Source: Candidatus Sericytochromatia bacterium (GTDB lineage: Bacteria > Cyanobacteriota > Sericytochromatia > S15B-MN24 > VGJW01). From it: a DNA stretch of 64,000 nt. Below, one piece after another: positions 56,124-64,000 of the stretch; position 1 is the first letter of the stretch, and each line of letters opens with the position of its first letter. The stretch lies in assembly GCA_035285865.1 (NCBI GenBank), contig JAYKHS010000007.1, positions 32,001-96,000 on the forward strand, written 5' to 3'. The position numbers and the translations under genes were made by a program. Under the pieces are notes generated by a model. That model saw nothing but the letters and a program-made list of their open reading frames with translations, did no database searches and had not been told where the DNA came from.

Positions 56124-57182
56124 TCAGAAGCCCTGGACCATCCCCAACGTCAGCGTGTCCTGGACGGGCAGGCGCGCCCCGCCAGCACCGGGATAAAGGG
56201 CAGCCGCCGCCTCGTCATGCCGGGCCTCGAGCCGCCAGAGCCAATCCCGATGGGCCCGCCAGGAAGCCGTCGCCGTCACGGACCGGACCCAGGGCACGGG
56301 CCAGAAAATCGCACCCGGCACAAGGGCGCTGGCCGCCAGAGCTTCCTCGCGGAAGCCATCCACCCGCAACGCCAGGTCCAGCCGTTCCAGGGGCGTGGCC
56401 CGGACCGTGACAGCCGCCGCCTGCCACTGCGCGAGGCCGGTATCCCCACGCTCGGAACCGATGTCGACATGGGCCTGCAGCGCCCAGACCCGGTCCAACT
56501 GCCACGTCGCATGGGCATCGAGCAAGTGACGCCAGGGCCGCCCCTCCGGAGCACCGAGGGGCCTTTCCTGACTGCCGGCCCACAACACCGAACCCGACAG
56601 GCCCTCCCGCAGCTCCCACGCCCACTGCACCATCGGGGACAACCCCGGCACCCCATCCGTCGCCGCGTTCCAGCCATTGGTCAACCAGAACGCCAAAGCA
56701 TGGCCCGGCGCCAACGACCACGTGGTGCGCACGCCCGAGTGGTAGTAAGGCAGGGCATAAAACAGGTTGGATCGGGACCACGTCCAGTTCTGGCGGACAG
56801 CCACGGTCTCTGGCCCGATGGGTGACAGGAACAGCCCAGCATCGACCGCCCAGCGGGGAGCCACCGTACCCCCGGCCCACGCTTCGAGCAGATGCCTCCA
56901 GAGCGTCGCGTCGCTCGCTCCCTCGCCGGCCGCGGCGCGCCATTCGGGTTCGGACCCGTAATAGGCGGACGGCATCAGGCCCGTCTGCAGCGCCAGTCGT
57001 CCCCGCAGGGCACCGCGATCCCACGGCAGGTCCAGCACGGCATTCGCCACGCTGAAGCCTGTCCGCCCGTCCACCACGCGGTACGCGTTCACGAGGCCGT
57101 CGGGCGCGGTCAGGTTGGCCGAGGCCTGGACCTCCATCCAGCCCGCGGGCGCTACGGGTGGCGTGTAGGGGAGGTCGGTCAT
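56124..57182 (-). CDS. Putative outer-membrane beta-barrel porin (BBP2-like)
   Basis: GLFLSPIGPE....NWTWSRS, PYYHSG, NGWN; terminal Phe. Confidence 0.8.
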   Translation of the reverse strand: MTDLPYTPPVAPAGWMEVQASANLTAPDGLVNAYRVVDGRTGFSVANAVLDLPWDRGALRGRLALQTGLMPSAYYGSEPEWRAAAGEGASDATLWRHLLEAWAGGTVAPRWAVDAGLFLSPIGPETVAVRQNWTWSRSNLFYALPYYHSGVRTTWSLAPGHALAFWLTNGWNAATDGVPGLSPMVQWAWELREGLSGSVLWAGSQERPLGAPEGRPWRHLLDAHATWQLDRVWALQAHVDIGSERGDTGLAQWQAAAVTVRATPLERLDLALRVDGFREEALAASALVPGAIFWPVPWVRSVTATASWRAHRDWLWRLEARHDEAAAALYPGAGGARLPVQDTLTLGMVQGF

Positions 57183-57199
57183 GGGCGGTGATCGTACCA

Positions 57200-57286
57200 A
57201 GCGAGGAGCATGGGCGAATGGCCAGCGTGACCAAGCGCTTCTGCGAGCCTCTGCCAGGAAGAGAAACTGCTCCCCGGGAGTCCTGA
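57200..57286 (+). pseudogene. Possible 3' remnant of a Phd/VapB-like antitoxin
   Basis: Frame reading ...VTKRFCEPLP... ends 5 nt before the vapC relic and resembles the 'FFEPLP' C-termini of such antitoxins. Confidence 0.35.
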
Positions 57287-57291
57287 GCCGC

Positions 57292-57675
57292 GTGCGGTTG
57301 TTGCCGGATCCGCACGTCCCGTCCTGGTGGCCTGCCGGGGATGCTTTCCTGTCGTCGGTGGCCATGGCATCTACCCCCGACCGCAGACACGAAGGCTTCG
57401 TCAGCGCAGCCTCGGCTTGCGAGACTTCAACCAAGCACCGGATTGGCAAACCTTCGGGCGCCGGCCCACTTGTCCTGGACCTGCGGTGCGAAGTCGTAGC
57501 GCATGGATTCATGCCGCTTCCGGTCACGCTTGAGCAGGGGCAGTCGGCAGGTTCTCTGGATTGGGCCCACCGAGAGCCGTTCGATCGCCTGCTGGTGGAT
57601 TAGGCACGCGATGAGAGACTCGCGTTGGTTTCCAGCGAAACCGCCTTTGACGGGCTTGGCAGCGTGCGGATCTAG
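57292..57675 (+). pseudogene. vapC: Decayed VapC/PIN-domain toxin
   Basis: VRLLPDPHV..WW, FVSAASACE..TK..IGK, HREPFDRLLVD*A..E.L.LVS.E..FD; internal TAG at 57601-57603. Confidence 0.8.
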
Positions 57676-58011
57676 TCGGTGGGGGGTCAAGGCAGGCCAA
57701 CTCCCGGTCTCACGGGATTGCGCCTCTGGCCGCCACCGGCTGGGCACTGAGATCTCCCGAGGCGAATCTGTCCGGAACCACGTCCACCGCAAGCGACCGA
57801 CAGAAGCGACAGGCTCACCTTCATCGCCCCTGAACCCACCGCCATGAGGGACATTCTCTTGCACGAGTAAGTGCTGCGCGATGTCCAGGACGCGATGGGT
57901 GTCCCTGAACGTCACCAAGGCCCGGGTTTGCTGCGCCTCGGCTGTGGTTCCGGATCGGATGCGAACCCAACATGGACAAAGGGTTCCAGAGTCACGGGAC
58001 AAGCCCTCGCC

Positions 58012-58893
58012 CTATGGCATCGACCTGACAAGGCGGAAGCCAAGGTTGCCGTAGCGGAGGCTCGGGACGTTGAAGTTGCGATTCGCCGCACGCGTGCTCG
58101 CGGCATCGTGGAGCCACGATCCACCCCGGATGACTCTGTATCGAGTCGGCCCCAGAGGCTCAGCGAGCGATCCTGGATAGCTGCCGTACCAATCCTGGCA
58201 CCACTCCCAAACGTTGCCCGCCATATCGTACAGGCCCCACGGATTACATTGCGTCAGGCCGACCGGATGGGTCGTGCCGTCGCTGTTGCCGCCGAACCAC
58301 GCATGGGTCCCCAGCAGGTTGCTGTCCGCTCCGAAGACCCACGCTGTCGCGGTACCCGCCCGATACGCATACTCCCACTCGGCCTCCGTCGGCAGACGCC
58401 AACCGGTCGTGCTGTCGGGCGCGGGCGACGTCAGCGTTACCCTGCTGCAGTTGTAACTGCCCGTCCCCGGCTTGCCGGTACAAAACGACAGGTCATAAGC
58501 CTTGGGCAGGCCGTCCTTGGCCGACAGGGCGTTGGCGTAGGCCACGGCGTCGAACCAACTCAATGTCTCAACCGGGCGATTGTCATCATCTGCAAAGGTC
58601 GAGGGATTGTTGCCCATCAGCGCACGCCACTGGCCCTGCGTCACCTCAGTCGTCTGCATCCGGAAGGTACGGGTCAAGGTCACCGGATGTTGCATCTCGT
58701 CCGAGGAGCGGCCCGATTCCGATGACGGGGAGCCCATCTGGAAGGTACCGGCAGGCAGGTCGACAGACTGCATGGTCGCGACTCCGGGGAGCGTCAGGTT
58801 CTCGCCCAAGTGGCCAGCATTCGCGACACCAGCAACAGAGCCTGCCGCGACCAGACTGGCCGTGAACAATATTCTGGCGCGCCAAACCCGCAT
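58012..58893 (-). CDS. Secreted FGE-sulfatase (SUMF1/C-type-lectin fold) domain protein
   Basis: AGTFQMGS, TEVTQGQW, RLPTEAEWEYA, GLYDMAGNVWEW, RGGSW, GFRL; signal peptide; AAGGAG SD. Confidence 0.93.
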   Translation of the reverse strand: MRVWRARILFTASLVAAGSVAGVANAGHLGENLTLPGVATMQSVDLPAGTFQMGSPSSESGRSSDEMQHPVTLTRTFRMQTTEVTQGQWRALMGNNPSTFADDDNRPVETLSWFDAVAYANALSAKDGLPKAYDLSFCTGKPGTGSYNCSRVTLTSPAPDSTTGWRLPTEAEWEYAYRAGTATAWVFGADSNLLGTHAWFGGNSDGTTHPVGLTQCNPWGLYDMAGNVWEWCQDWYGSYPGSLAEPLGPTRYRVIRGGSWLHDAASTRAANRNFNVPSLRYGNLGFRLVRSMP

Positions 58894-59079
58894 CACATCA
58901 TCTCCTTCAACCATCATGGAAACATGAATCCGTTCGAACCCAGGATTCGCACGCCATAGGATCGCCACGGGTACCGCGACCTTGCCCTTGGGGTCTTTCC
59001 CCTTGGCCAGAGTGTGGCGCCACGTGGCCAGATCAGGCGGCCACAGCGGCTGTGGAGTCCGAATCCATCAAGCCAGTGA

Positions 59080-59316
59080 TGGCAGAAACCGGAACATCCG
59101 GAGAAGCATCACGCCCAGGCAACGGCGGTCATCGATTCCGACCGCAGCCAGCGGCTCTTCACATGGCATCTGGTCGACGCCCTGCTCTACGGAACCCGAG
59201 ACCTCGGCTCCCTCGCCAACCGCGTCCGGGAAGGCGTCGCACGGGCCTCACGCGCGCGCGGGCCGATCTACGAACAGACGCCGGCGATGGAAGGACGACG
59301 GGACGGGAATTTCTGA
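59080..59316 (+). pseudogene. Start-less gene fragment resembling a caspase/peptidase C14 C-terminus
   Basis: GC3-rich open frame ...QRLFTWHLVDAL...LANRVREGV...YEQTP...*. Confidence 0.35.
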
Positions 59317-59343
59317 CGCTTCCGCGTCAGTGCCCCGCTGCCG

Positions 59344-61050
59344 TCAGTCCCCCTCGTCCAGCAGCTCCATCGTCTCGTCCGGTTGCCCGTCCTCGTCGGT
59401 ATCCACGTGGACCGTCATCGGGCCCGAGCCGTCCCACGCCGCATAGTCCAGCCAGAGCGTCGCGGTCTTGTCGAGCGAGTTCGTGAAGTTCCGGAAGACG
59501 TGGTCGCCCGAATCGTCGATCCGGTGCACCACCACGTCGAAGCCGGTCTCTCCCGTGACGCCGCGAGCCTCGACGCGCAGGCGCCCCTTGGCCTGTTCGA
59601 TCTCCACCTCGACCTCATGCCCGTCGCTGTCGCCGCCGGCGATGACCGCGAAGGCGTAGTCCGCCTGCTCGGTCTGCAGACCCAGCGTCAGGAACGGGGT
59701 CTCCGAGGTGCGGGTCACGTAGCACAGACGCCGACCGTTGGCATGAAACTTCACCTGATCCTGCTGTCCGGGATCCAGACGGATGTCGTCCACGCTCATC
59801 TCGTAGCCGGGGCCGACCACCGTGATGCTCGAGTCCTCGTCGTCCGACAGGGTCCGGCCATCCAGCGTGACCGTGAGATCGCCCTGTCCGGGGACCAGGA
59901 ACACCGGGGGCGTGTCCTGCCGCCAGAGGTCTCCGCCCTTGGGCGACATGACCTGGCTGCCCGGGAAAGTGTTCACGAACTGGCCGTCCGCGAAGCCGAC
60001 CTGATGGCCGGCATCGTCCTCGACCAGCGCCCGACCCTTGCCATGGGTGAAAACCTGTCGCCCCCGGGCGGCCGGAGGCTGTTCGTCGGCGCCCAGGTCC
60101 TCGCAGAACGGGCACTCCTGCGTTTGCTGGCGCACCGACAAGGGCGTCAGCGTCAGCGTGCCCGTGGTCGCGTCACCCTCATAGACGCTGTCCGGCTCGT
60201 CCGGATTCGTGGCCGCCATGTATGACCAGGTATTGGCGCCCGTATCGACCGTCACCCGGCGCTCCTGACCGGGATGGTTGTTGTCGTAGACCTGCACGTA
60301 GCGGAGCGCACCCGCACCCGCGGCGACGCCCCACGGCGTGATGGCGTGACCGGCCTGGTACCCCCGCTTGTAGATGCCCATCGTGTAGGCCTCGGCAGCA
60401 CCGGCCCTGAAGCTGTCCAGCAGGGCGCGCATGACCTCGACCGGCGTCAGGTCCTTGCGTTCGGCCGGCTGGGTCGGGCTGACGGCCTGCTGGGCAAACC
60501 AGTAGGCGATCTCACGCTGCAGCCCGGCATTGTTGGCGAACGGCAAGGCGTAAGTGGTGTCGACGGCGCCAAAGTCCGCCGGACTGGCAAGCCCCTTGTG
60601 GAACATCAGGCTGAGCACGGCCATGCCTTCGCAATGCCCGCCGGACATGCTCTGGTTGGTCTCGTCCATCCACGACTGCGCAGCCGGCGTCAGCACGCAA
60701 TCGTCCCCGTTACCCGAACCACAGACACCCGTCCCGAACAGCCGCACCATCTCGGCCGCCGTCAGGTTGACCACGCCCGCCTCACCCCCGTAGTTCTCGA
60801 AACCGAAGCCGTCACGCCCCGGATCGAAGGCCAGGGCCCCCACCATCGGGTCGGGCGTCTTCCCCGGCGAGGCCGTCACGACGGGCGTCGGCGCGGGCGA
60901 AGCTGTCGGCTGGGCAGTTGCGGTCGGTGAGGCCGTGGGCGTTTCCGCCAAGGTGGCCAGCAAAGTCTGCGCCGCAGGTGTGCACGCGGCGAGGGCCAGG
61001 GTGGCCGCAACGGGTGCAAGGGCCGGAATCCATCGTTGATGACGCTGCAT
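59344..61050 (-). CDS. Lipoprotein with a papain/transglutaminase-like Cys-His-Asp domain
   Basis: Lipobox LAAC; DGFGFENY, GGHCEGM, GHAITP, VYDNNHP. Confidence 0.78.
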   Translation of the reverse strand: MQRHQRWIPALAPVAATLALAACTPAAQTLLATLAETPTASPTATAQPTASPAPTPVVTASPGKTPDPMVGALAFDPGRDGFGFENYGGEAGVVNLTAAEMVRLFGTGVCGSGNGDDCVLTPAAQSWMDETNQSMSGGHCEGMAVLSLMFHKGLASPADFGAVDTTYALPFANNAGLQREIAYWFAQQAVSPTQPAERKDLTPVEVMRALLDSFRAGAAEAYTMGIYKRGYQAGHAITPWGVAAGAGALRYVQVYDNNHPGQERRVTVDTGANTWSYMAATNPDEPDSVYEGDATTGTLTLTPLSVRQQTQECPFCEDLGADEQPPAARGRQVFTHGKGRALVEDDAGHQVGFADGQFVNTFPGSQVMSPKGGDLWRQDTPPVFLVPGQGDLTVTLDGRTLSDDEDSSITVVGPGYEMSVDDIRLDPGQQDQVKFHANGRRLCYVTRTSETPFLTLGLQTEQADYAFAVIAGGDSDGHEVEVEIEQAKGRLRVEARGVTGETGFDVVVHRIDDSGDHVFRNFTNSLDKTATLWLDYAAWDGSGPMTVHVDTDEDGQPDETMELLDEGD

Positions 61051-61103
61051 CGCCGAATGCTACGCCCCGGCGAGGATGCCTGTCCAACTCGGCCCAGCCG
61101 GCG

Positions 61104-62345
61104 TCAGGGAAGGGCTCCCCGAAGCACCCGCGGATAGGGCCCCCCGGGCCCGGTCCAGGCGCGCACGTCCTCGCGCTGGGCCAATCGCGCCGCCACGACG
61201 AGCGTGCCATCCGTCTGGACGACCACCCAGCGCTCGCCGACCTCCCGCGCGAGCAGCCACGAGCGGCCACTGACCGCCACGACATCCGGGGCATCCACCG
61301 CAGTAGCCAGATCATCCAGCCGGACACCGGGGGCCTCCATGCGAATGCGCCGCCAGCCATAGCCCCCGCCCGACGCAGACGGTGCCACGCCCAGCCTCAG
61401 GACCAGCAAGTCGCCGATACCTGCGAACCCCGGGCGCATCGCGGCGACGTAGCGATCTCCGGCGGGCAGCGCCGGCAGCATGGCGACAGGCGGCGGGGCG
61501 GACGGGGTCGGGGCCGCCACCGATCGAGGCTGGACGGTCGGACGCGGCAGGCGCGCCTTCCGTGCGGAACCGGAGAGGGAAATGTAGGCAATCTCGCCGG
61601 GAGCGGGCGAGGCCGTGGGCCGGGGCCTGGGCGAGGCCAGCGGTCGCGGTGGGGCAGGCGAGGCCACGGCCGTCGGCACGGGGCGGGGTGCGGGCGTTGC
61701 CGTCGGTCTGACGACAGGTGGACGAGGGACTGCAGTGGCAGCCGGGGCAGGGGTACGCGGGACAGCCGCCACGAGCGGCGTCGCGGAGCGGGCCAAGACC
61801 GCACCGGAACCGGTGGCAGCCGCCTGGCCCGACGATGCGGGGCCCGTTGCTGACCGAGCCGGACGCGCCGGCAGGGGCGGAACCAACGCTCCTGTCCGCT
61901 CGAAGGCCACCTGCGTCGCCTCGGAGCCCGGCGCATCCAGGAGAATGGCCGCCTGCCGGTACGGACTGCGCGCCTCGCCAATCACGAGCAAGCCGGGCCT
62001 CGTGCCCTTGGGCAGGAAGAATGAGACCTCCCACGACCCCGTCGCGAGGGGTGACAACTGTCGGAAGTCGGTCGAGGGCGCCTGACGATTGCGGGGGGGC
62101 AAATAGGTATACGTCTGGGGGTCCCGCTCCTCCGGTGCGTGATGCACGAACAGCCTGTCGCCTTCCGAAAGGTTTTCGACCTCGAGCCTTACGACGAGCC
62201 GATCTCCTTCTCGGGTCATCTCGATCAGAGTCGCGCCGACGGCATCGTTGCCGAACGAACGCCAGACACCGGCGGCCCAAGCGGGAGCCGCGACCAGGGC
62301 AGGAAGCAGCAGCCCGATCGCGAGGCCCCGTCGACGCCACGCCAT
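61104..62345 (-). CDS. Hypothetical secreted protein with Pro-rich linker
   Basis: Signal peptide ending AWA; beta-rich N-terminal domain; P/T/A-rich linker. Confidence 0.65.
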   Translation of the reverse strand: MAWRRRGLAIGLLLPALVAAPAWAAGVWRSFGNDAVGATLIEMTREGDRLVVRLEVENLSEGDRLFVHHAPEERDPQTYTYLPPRNRQAPSTDFRQLSPLATGSWEVSFFLPKGTRPGLLVIGEARSPYRQAAILLDAPGSEATQVAFERTGALVPPLPARPARSATGPASSGQAAATGSGAVLARSATPLVAAVPRTPAPAATAVPRPPVVRPTATPAPRPVPTAVASPAPPRPLASPRPRPTASPAPGEIAYISLSGSARKARLPRPTVQPRSVAAPTPSAPPPVAMLPALPAGDRYVAAMRPGFAGIGDLLVLRLGVAPSASGGGYGWRRIRMEAPGVRLDDLATAVDAPDVVAVSGRSWLLAREVGERWVVVQTDGTLVVAARLAQREDVRAWTGPGGPYPRVLRGALP

Positions 62346-62449
62346 GCCACGCATCCTGACATGCCCACGACCCCGGACGCCGTGACGACGGTCCATGTCG
62401 TGCAGGCACCCCTTCCAACGGCTACGCCTCGGCCCCTACAATACCGGAC

Positions 62450-63232
62450 ATGGACGAGACCCTCTCCGTCGCCCTCGCCGCCGCGAATGCAGCAGGGGCC
62501 TTGCACCTCGAGGGCCTTGGCCGGGTCCGGCAGGTCCGCACCAAGGCCCATAACGATCTGGTCACGGATGTGGATGTCGCGGCCGAGGCCGCCATCAAGG
62601 CCATCATCCGCGAGGCCTTCCCGGACCACGCCATCGTCGGCGAGGAGAGCGGCGGCACTCTCGTGGACGGTCCCTGCTGGGTCATCGACCCGCTCGACGG
62701 CACGACCAACTACGCGCACGGCTTCCCGTTCTTTGCCGTGTCGATCGCCCTGTGCAAGGACCGGCAACCGGTGCTGGGCGTCATCCACCAGGCGACCAGC
62801 ACCGAGACCTTCTGGGCCCTTTCTGGCCGCGGGGCCTTCCTGAACGGCCAGCCCATCCGCGTCAGCACGGTGCCCGAGCCGTCGGGGGCCCTCGTCGCGA
62901 CGGGCTTCGCTCCAGACGTGGGGCGCGACCCCAAGAACACCGCCGAGTTCCTCGCGGCCCTGAAACAGGTCCAGGCCGTCCGGCGTCCCGGATCGGCCGC
63001 GATTGACCTCGCGGCCGTCGCCTGCGGGCGCTTCGATGCCTTCTGGGAATACGGCCTCGCAGCGTGGGACGTGGCAGCCGGCGCCCTGCTCGTCACCGAG
63101 GCCGGCGGACTCGTCACGGCCGTCGATGGTGGCCCCTTTGCCCTCGACGCCCGCACGATCCTCGCCAGCAACGGCCTGCTCCACGAGACCTTCCGCGAGG
63201 TTCTGGCAGGCAGGACCGAGGCGCGCCCTTGA
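62450..63232 (+). CDS. suhB: Inositol monophosphatase family protein
   Basis: DLVTDVD, GEE, WVIDPLDGTTNY, GSAA, WDVAAG. Confidence 0.93.
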   Translation: MDETLSVALAAANAAGALHLEGLGRVRQVRTKAHNDLVTDVDVAAEAAIKAIIREAFPDHAIVGEESGGTLVDGPCWVIDPLDGTTNYAHGFPFFAVSIALCKDRQPVLGVIHQATSTETFWALSGRGAFLNGQPIRVSTVPEPSGALVATGFAPDVGRDPKNTAEFLAALKQVQAVRRPGSAAIDLAAVACGRFDAFWEYGLAAWDVAAGALLVTEAGGLVTAVDGGPFALDARTILASNGLLHETFREVLAGRTEARP

Positions 63233-63243
63233 AGAGCCGATCG

Positions 63244-64000
63244 ATGAAGAGGCGCAAACCCGTCGACCGAAAGTCCCGGGCCTTTCCCGTGGGCTGGGTG
63301 GCCGGTCTGCTGATCGTCGCGGGTCTCGGCGCGGGCGCAGCGACCTTGCGAGCGCAGGCGGGCACCGGCATCTCGGGCCATCCGGCATCCGCCGGGGCGA
63401 CACCCGTGGTCCCGACCGACCCCGAGGATGCCTTGGTCGCCTTCCATGCCGCCCGACGCGACCTCACCGAGGGCGACCCGAGCGGGGGCGCTTCCGTGGC
63501 GGGCGCTTCCCCGGCACGCGTGCGCCTCGAAGGCCTTGCCGAACGGGCACCGGGTCGTGCCCGGACACTGGCGCGCATCCTGCTCTCGGACCTCGATCGA
63601 CAGACCGGAACGGCCGGGGCCGCAAGGTGGCTGGAGCAAGCTTCCCGCGAGGGACCCGACCTCGAGGCCTGGTCTGCCGTCGTTGCCGGTGGCGCCACGC
63701 TCGAGGCCAAGGCGCGGAGCATCCCTGCGGATGATCCCCTCGCCACGCTGGTATGGCTCGAGGCTGCGCGGTCCCTCAAGACTGTACCTGCGGCCGACCG
63801 CCTCGGGTGGCTGAAGCGCGCCGCGGCGAGCGGTCCGGGTGATCTGGCGGGTGCCACGCTCGCCCTGCGGTTGGAACTCGGGGATCCGGACGCGCTGGAT
63901 GAGGCCCTCGGCCGACGGGACCTCGCCAGCCAATGGGTGCCGAAACTGAGGGCGATGGCCCCCGCCAGCCGTTCCCCGGAGGCCCGCATGCGGGTAGCGG
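63244..64000 (+). CDS. 5' part of a membrane-anchored/exported helical protein, truncated by the window end
   Basis: MKRRKPVDRKSRAFPVGWVAGLLIVAGLG...; frame stays open to the end of the window. Confidence 0.65.
   Translation, partial: MKRRKPVDRKSRAFPVGWVAGLLIVAGLGAGAATLRAQAGTGISGHPASAGATPVVPTDPEDALVAFHAARRDLTEGDPSGGASVAGASPARVRLEGLAERAPGRARTLARILLSDLDRQTGTAGAARWLEQASREGPDLEAWSAVVAGGATLEAKARSIPADDPLATLVWLEAARSLKTVPAADRLGWLKRAAASGPGDLAGATLALRLELGDPDALDEALGRRDLASQWVPKLRAMAPASRSPEARMRVA

Noticed and set aside
51091..57603. Two in-frame TAG codons at expected Gln positions, suggesting amber recoding
   Set aside because: Many intact genes end at TAG (8341, 13309, 33484, 38730, 44532) and both affected genes carry other lesions; CAG to TAG transitions explain them.
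1..64000. CRISPR arrays, tRNA/rRNA, IS elements, REP families
   Set aside because: I saw no spaced direct repeats, RNA-gene signatures, transposases or integrases; the intergenic hairpins differ in sequence from one another.

Overview
GC-rich (about 70% by eye) bacterial chromosomal window with about 55 genes. I found no rRNA, tRNA, CRISPR array, transposase or prophage. It mixes housekeeping genes (tgt, holB, ricT/yaaT, murI, malQ, fadE, ctaA, suhB) with about 11 predicted lipoproteins. The holB-ricT synteny, BtpA and outer-membrane-related genes suggest a diderm, aerobic Terrabacteria-type organism, perhaps a non-photosynthetic cyanobacterial relative such as Sericytochromatia; this is inference only. 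The best candidate for an undescribed system is the translationally coupled operon at 394-7169 (UbiA prenyltransferase, RPH-architecture dikinase, GNAT-like protein, OleC-like adenylating enzyme, SRPBCC protein). It is transcribed divergently from a lone BtaA-like (DUF3419) gene and flanked by a lipid kinase and a thioesterase, and may make an unknown lipid or isoprenoid product. The second candidate is a four-gene amidoligase/peptidase operon at 43189-47759. Other observations: many leaderless-type starts, a catalytically dead GGDEF protein with an intact I-site heading the holB operon, an AT-rich patch inside a CDS, a missed 54-aa lipoprotein, a His-rich CHAP-like protein, an FGE-domain gene with a DGR variable-repeat-like 3' end, and two decayed regions (49.8-51.3 kb and 57.2-59.3 kb). 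Start codons were re-picked by hand, and all product calls come from motif recognition, not database searches.
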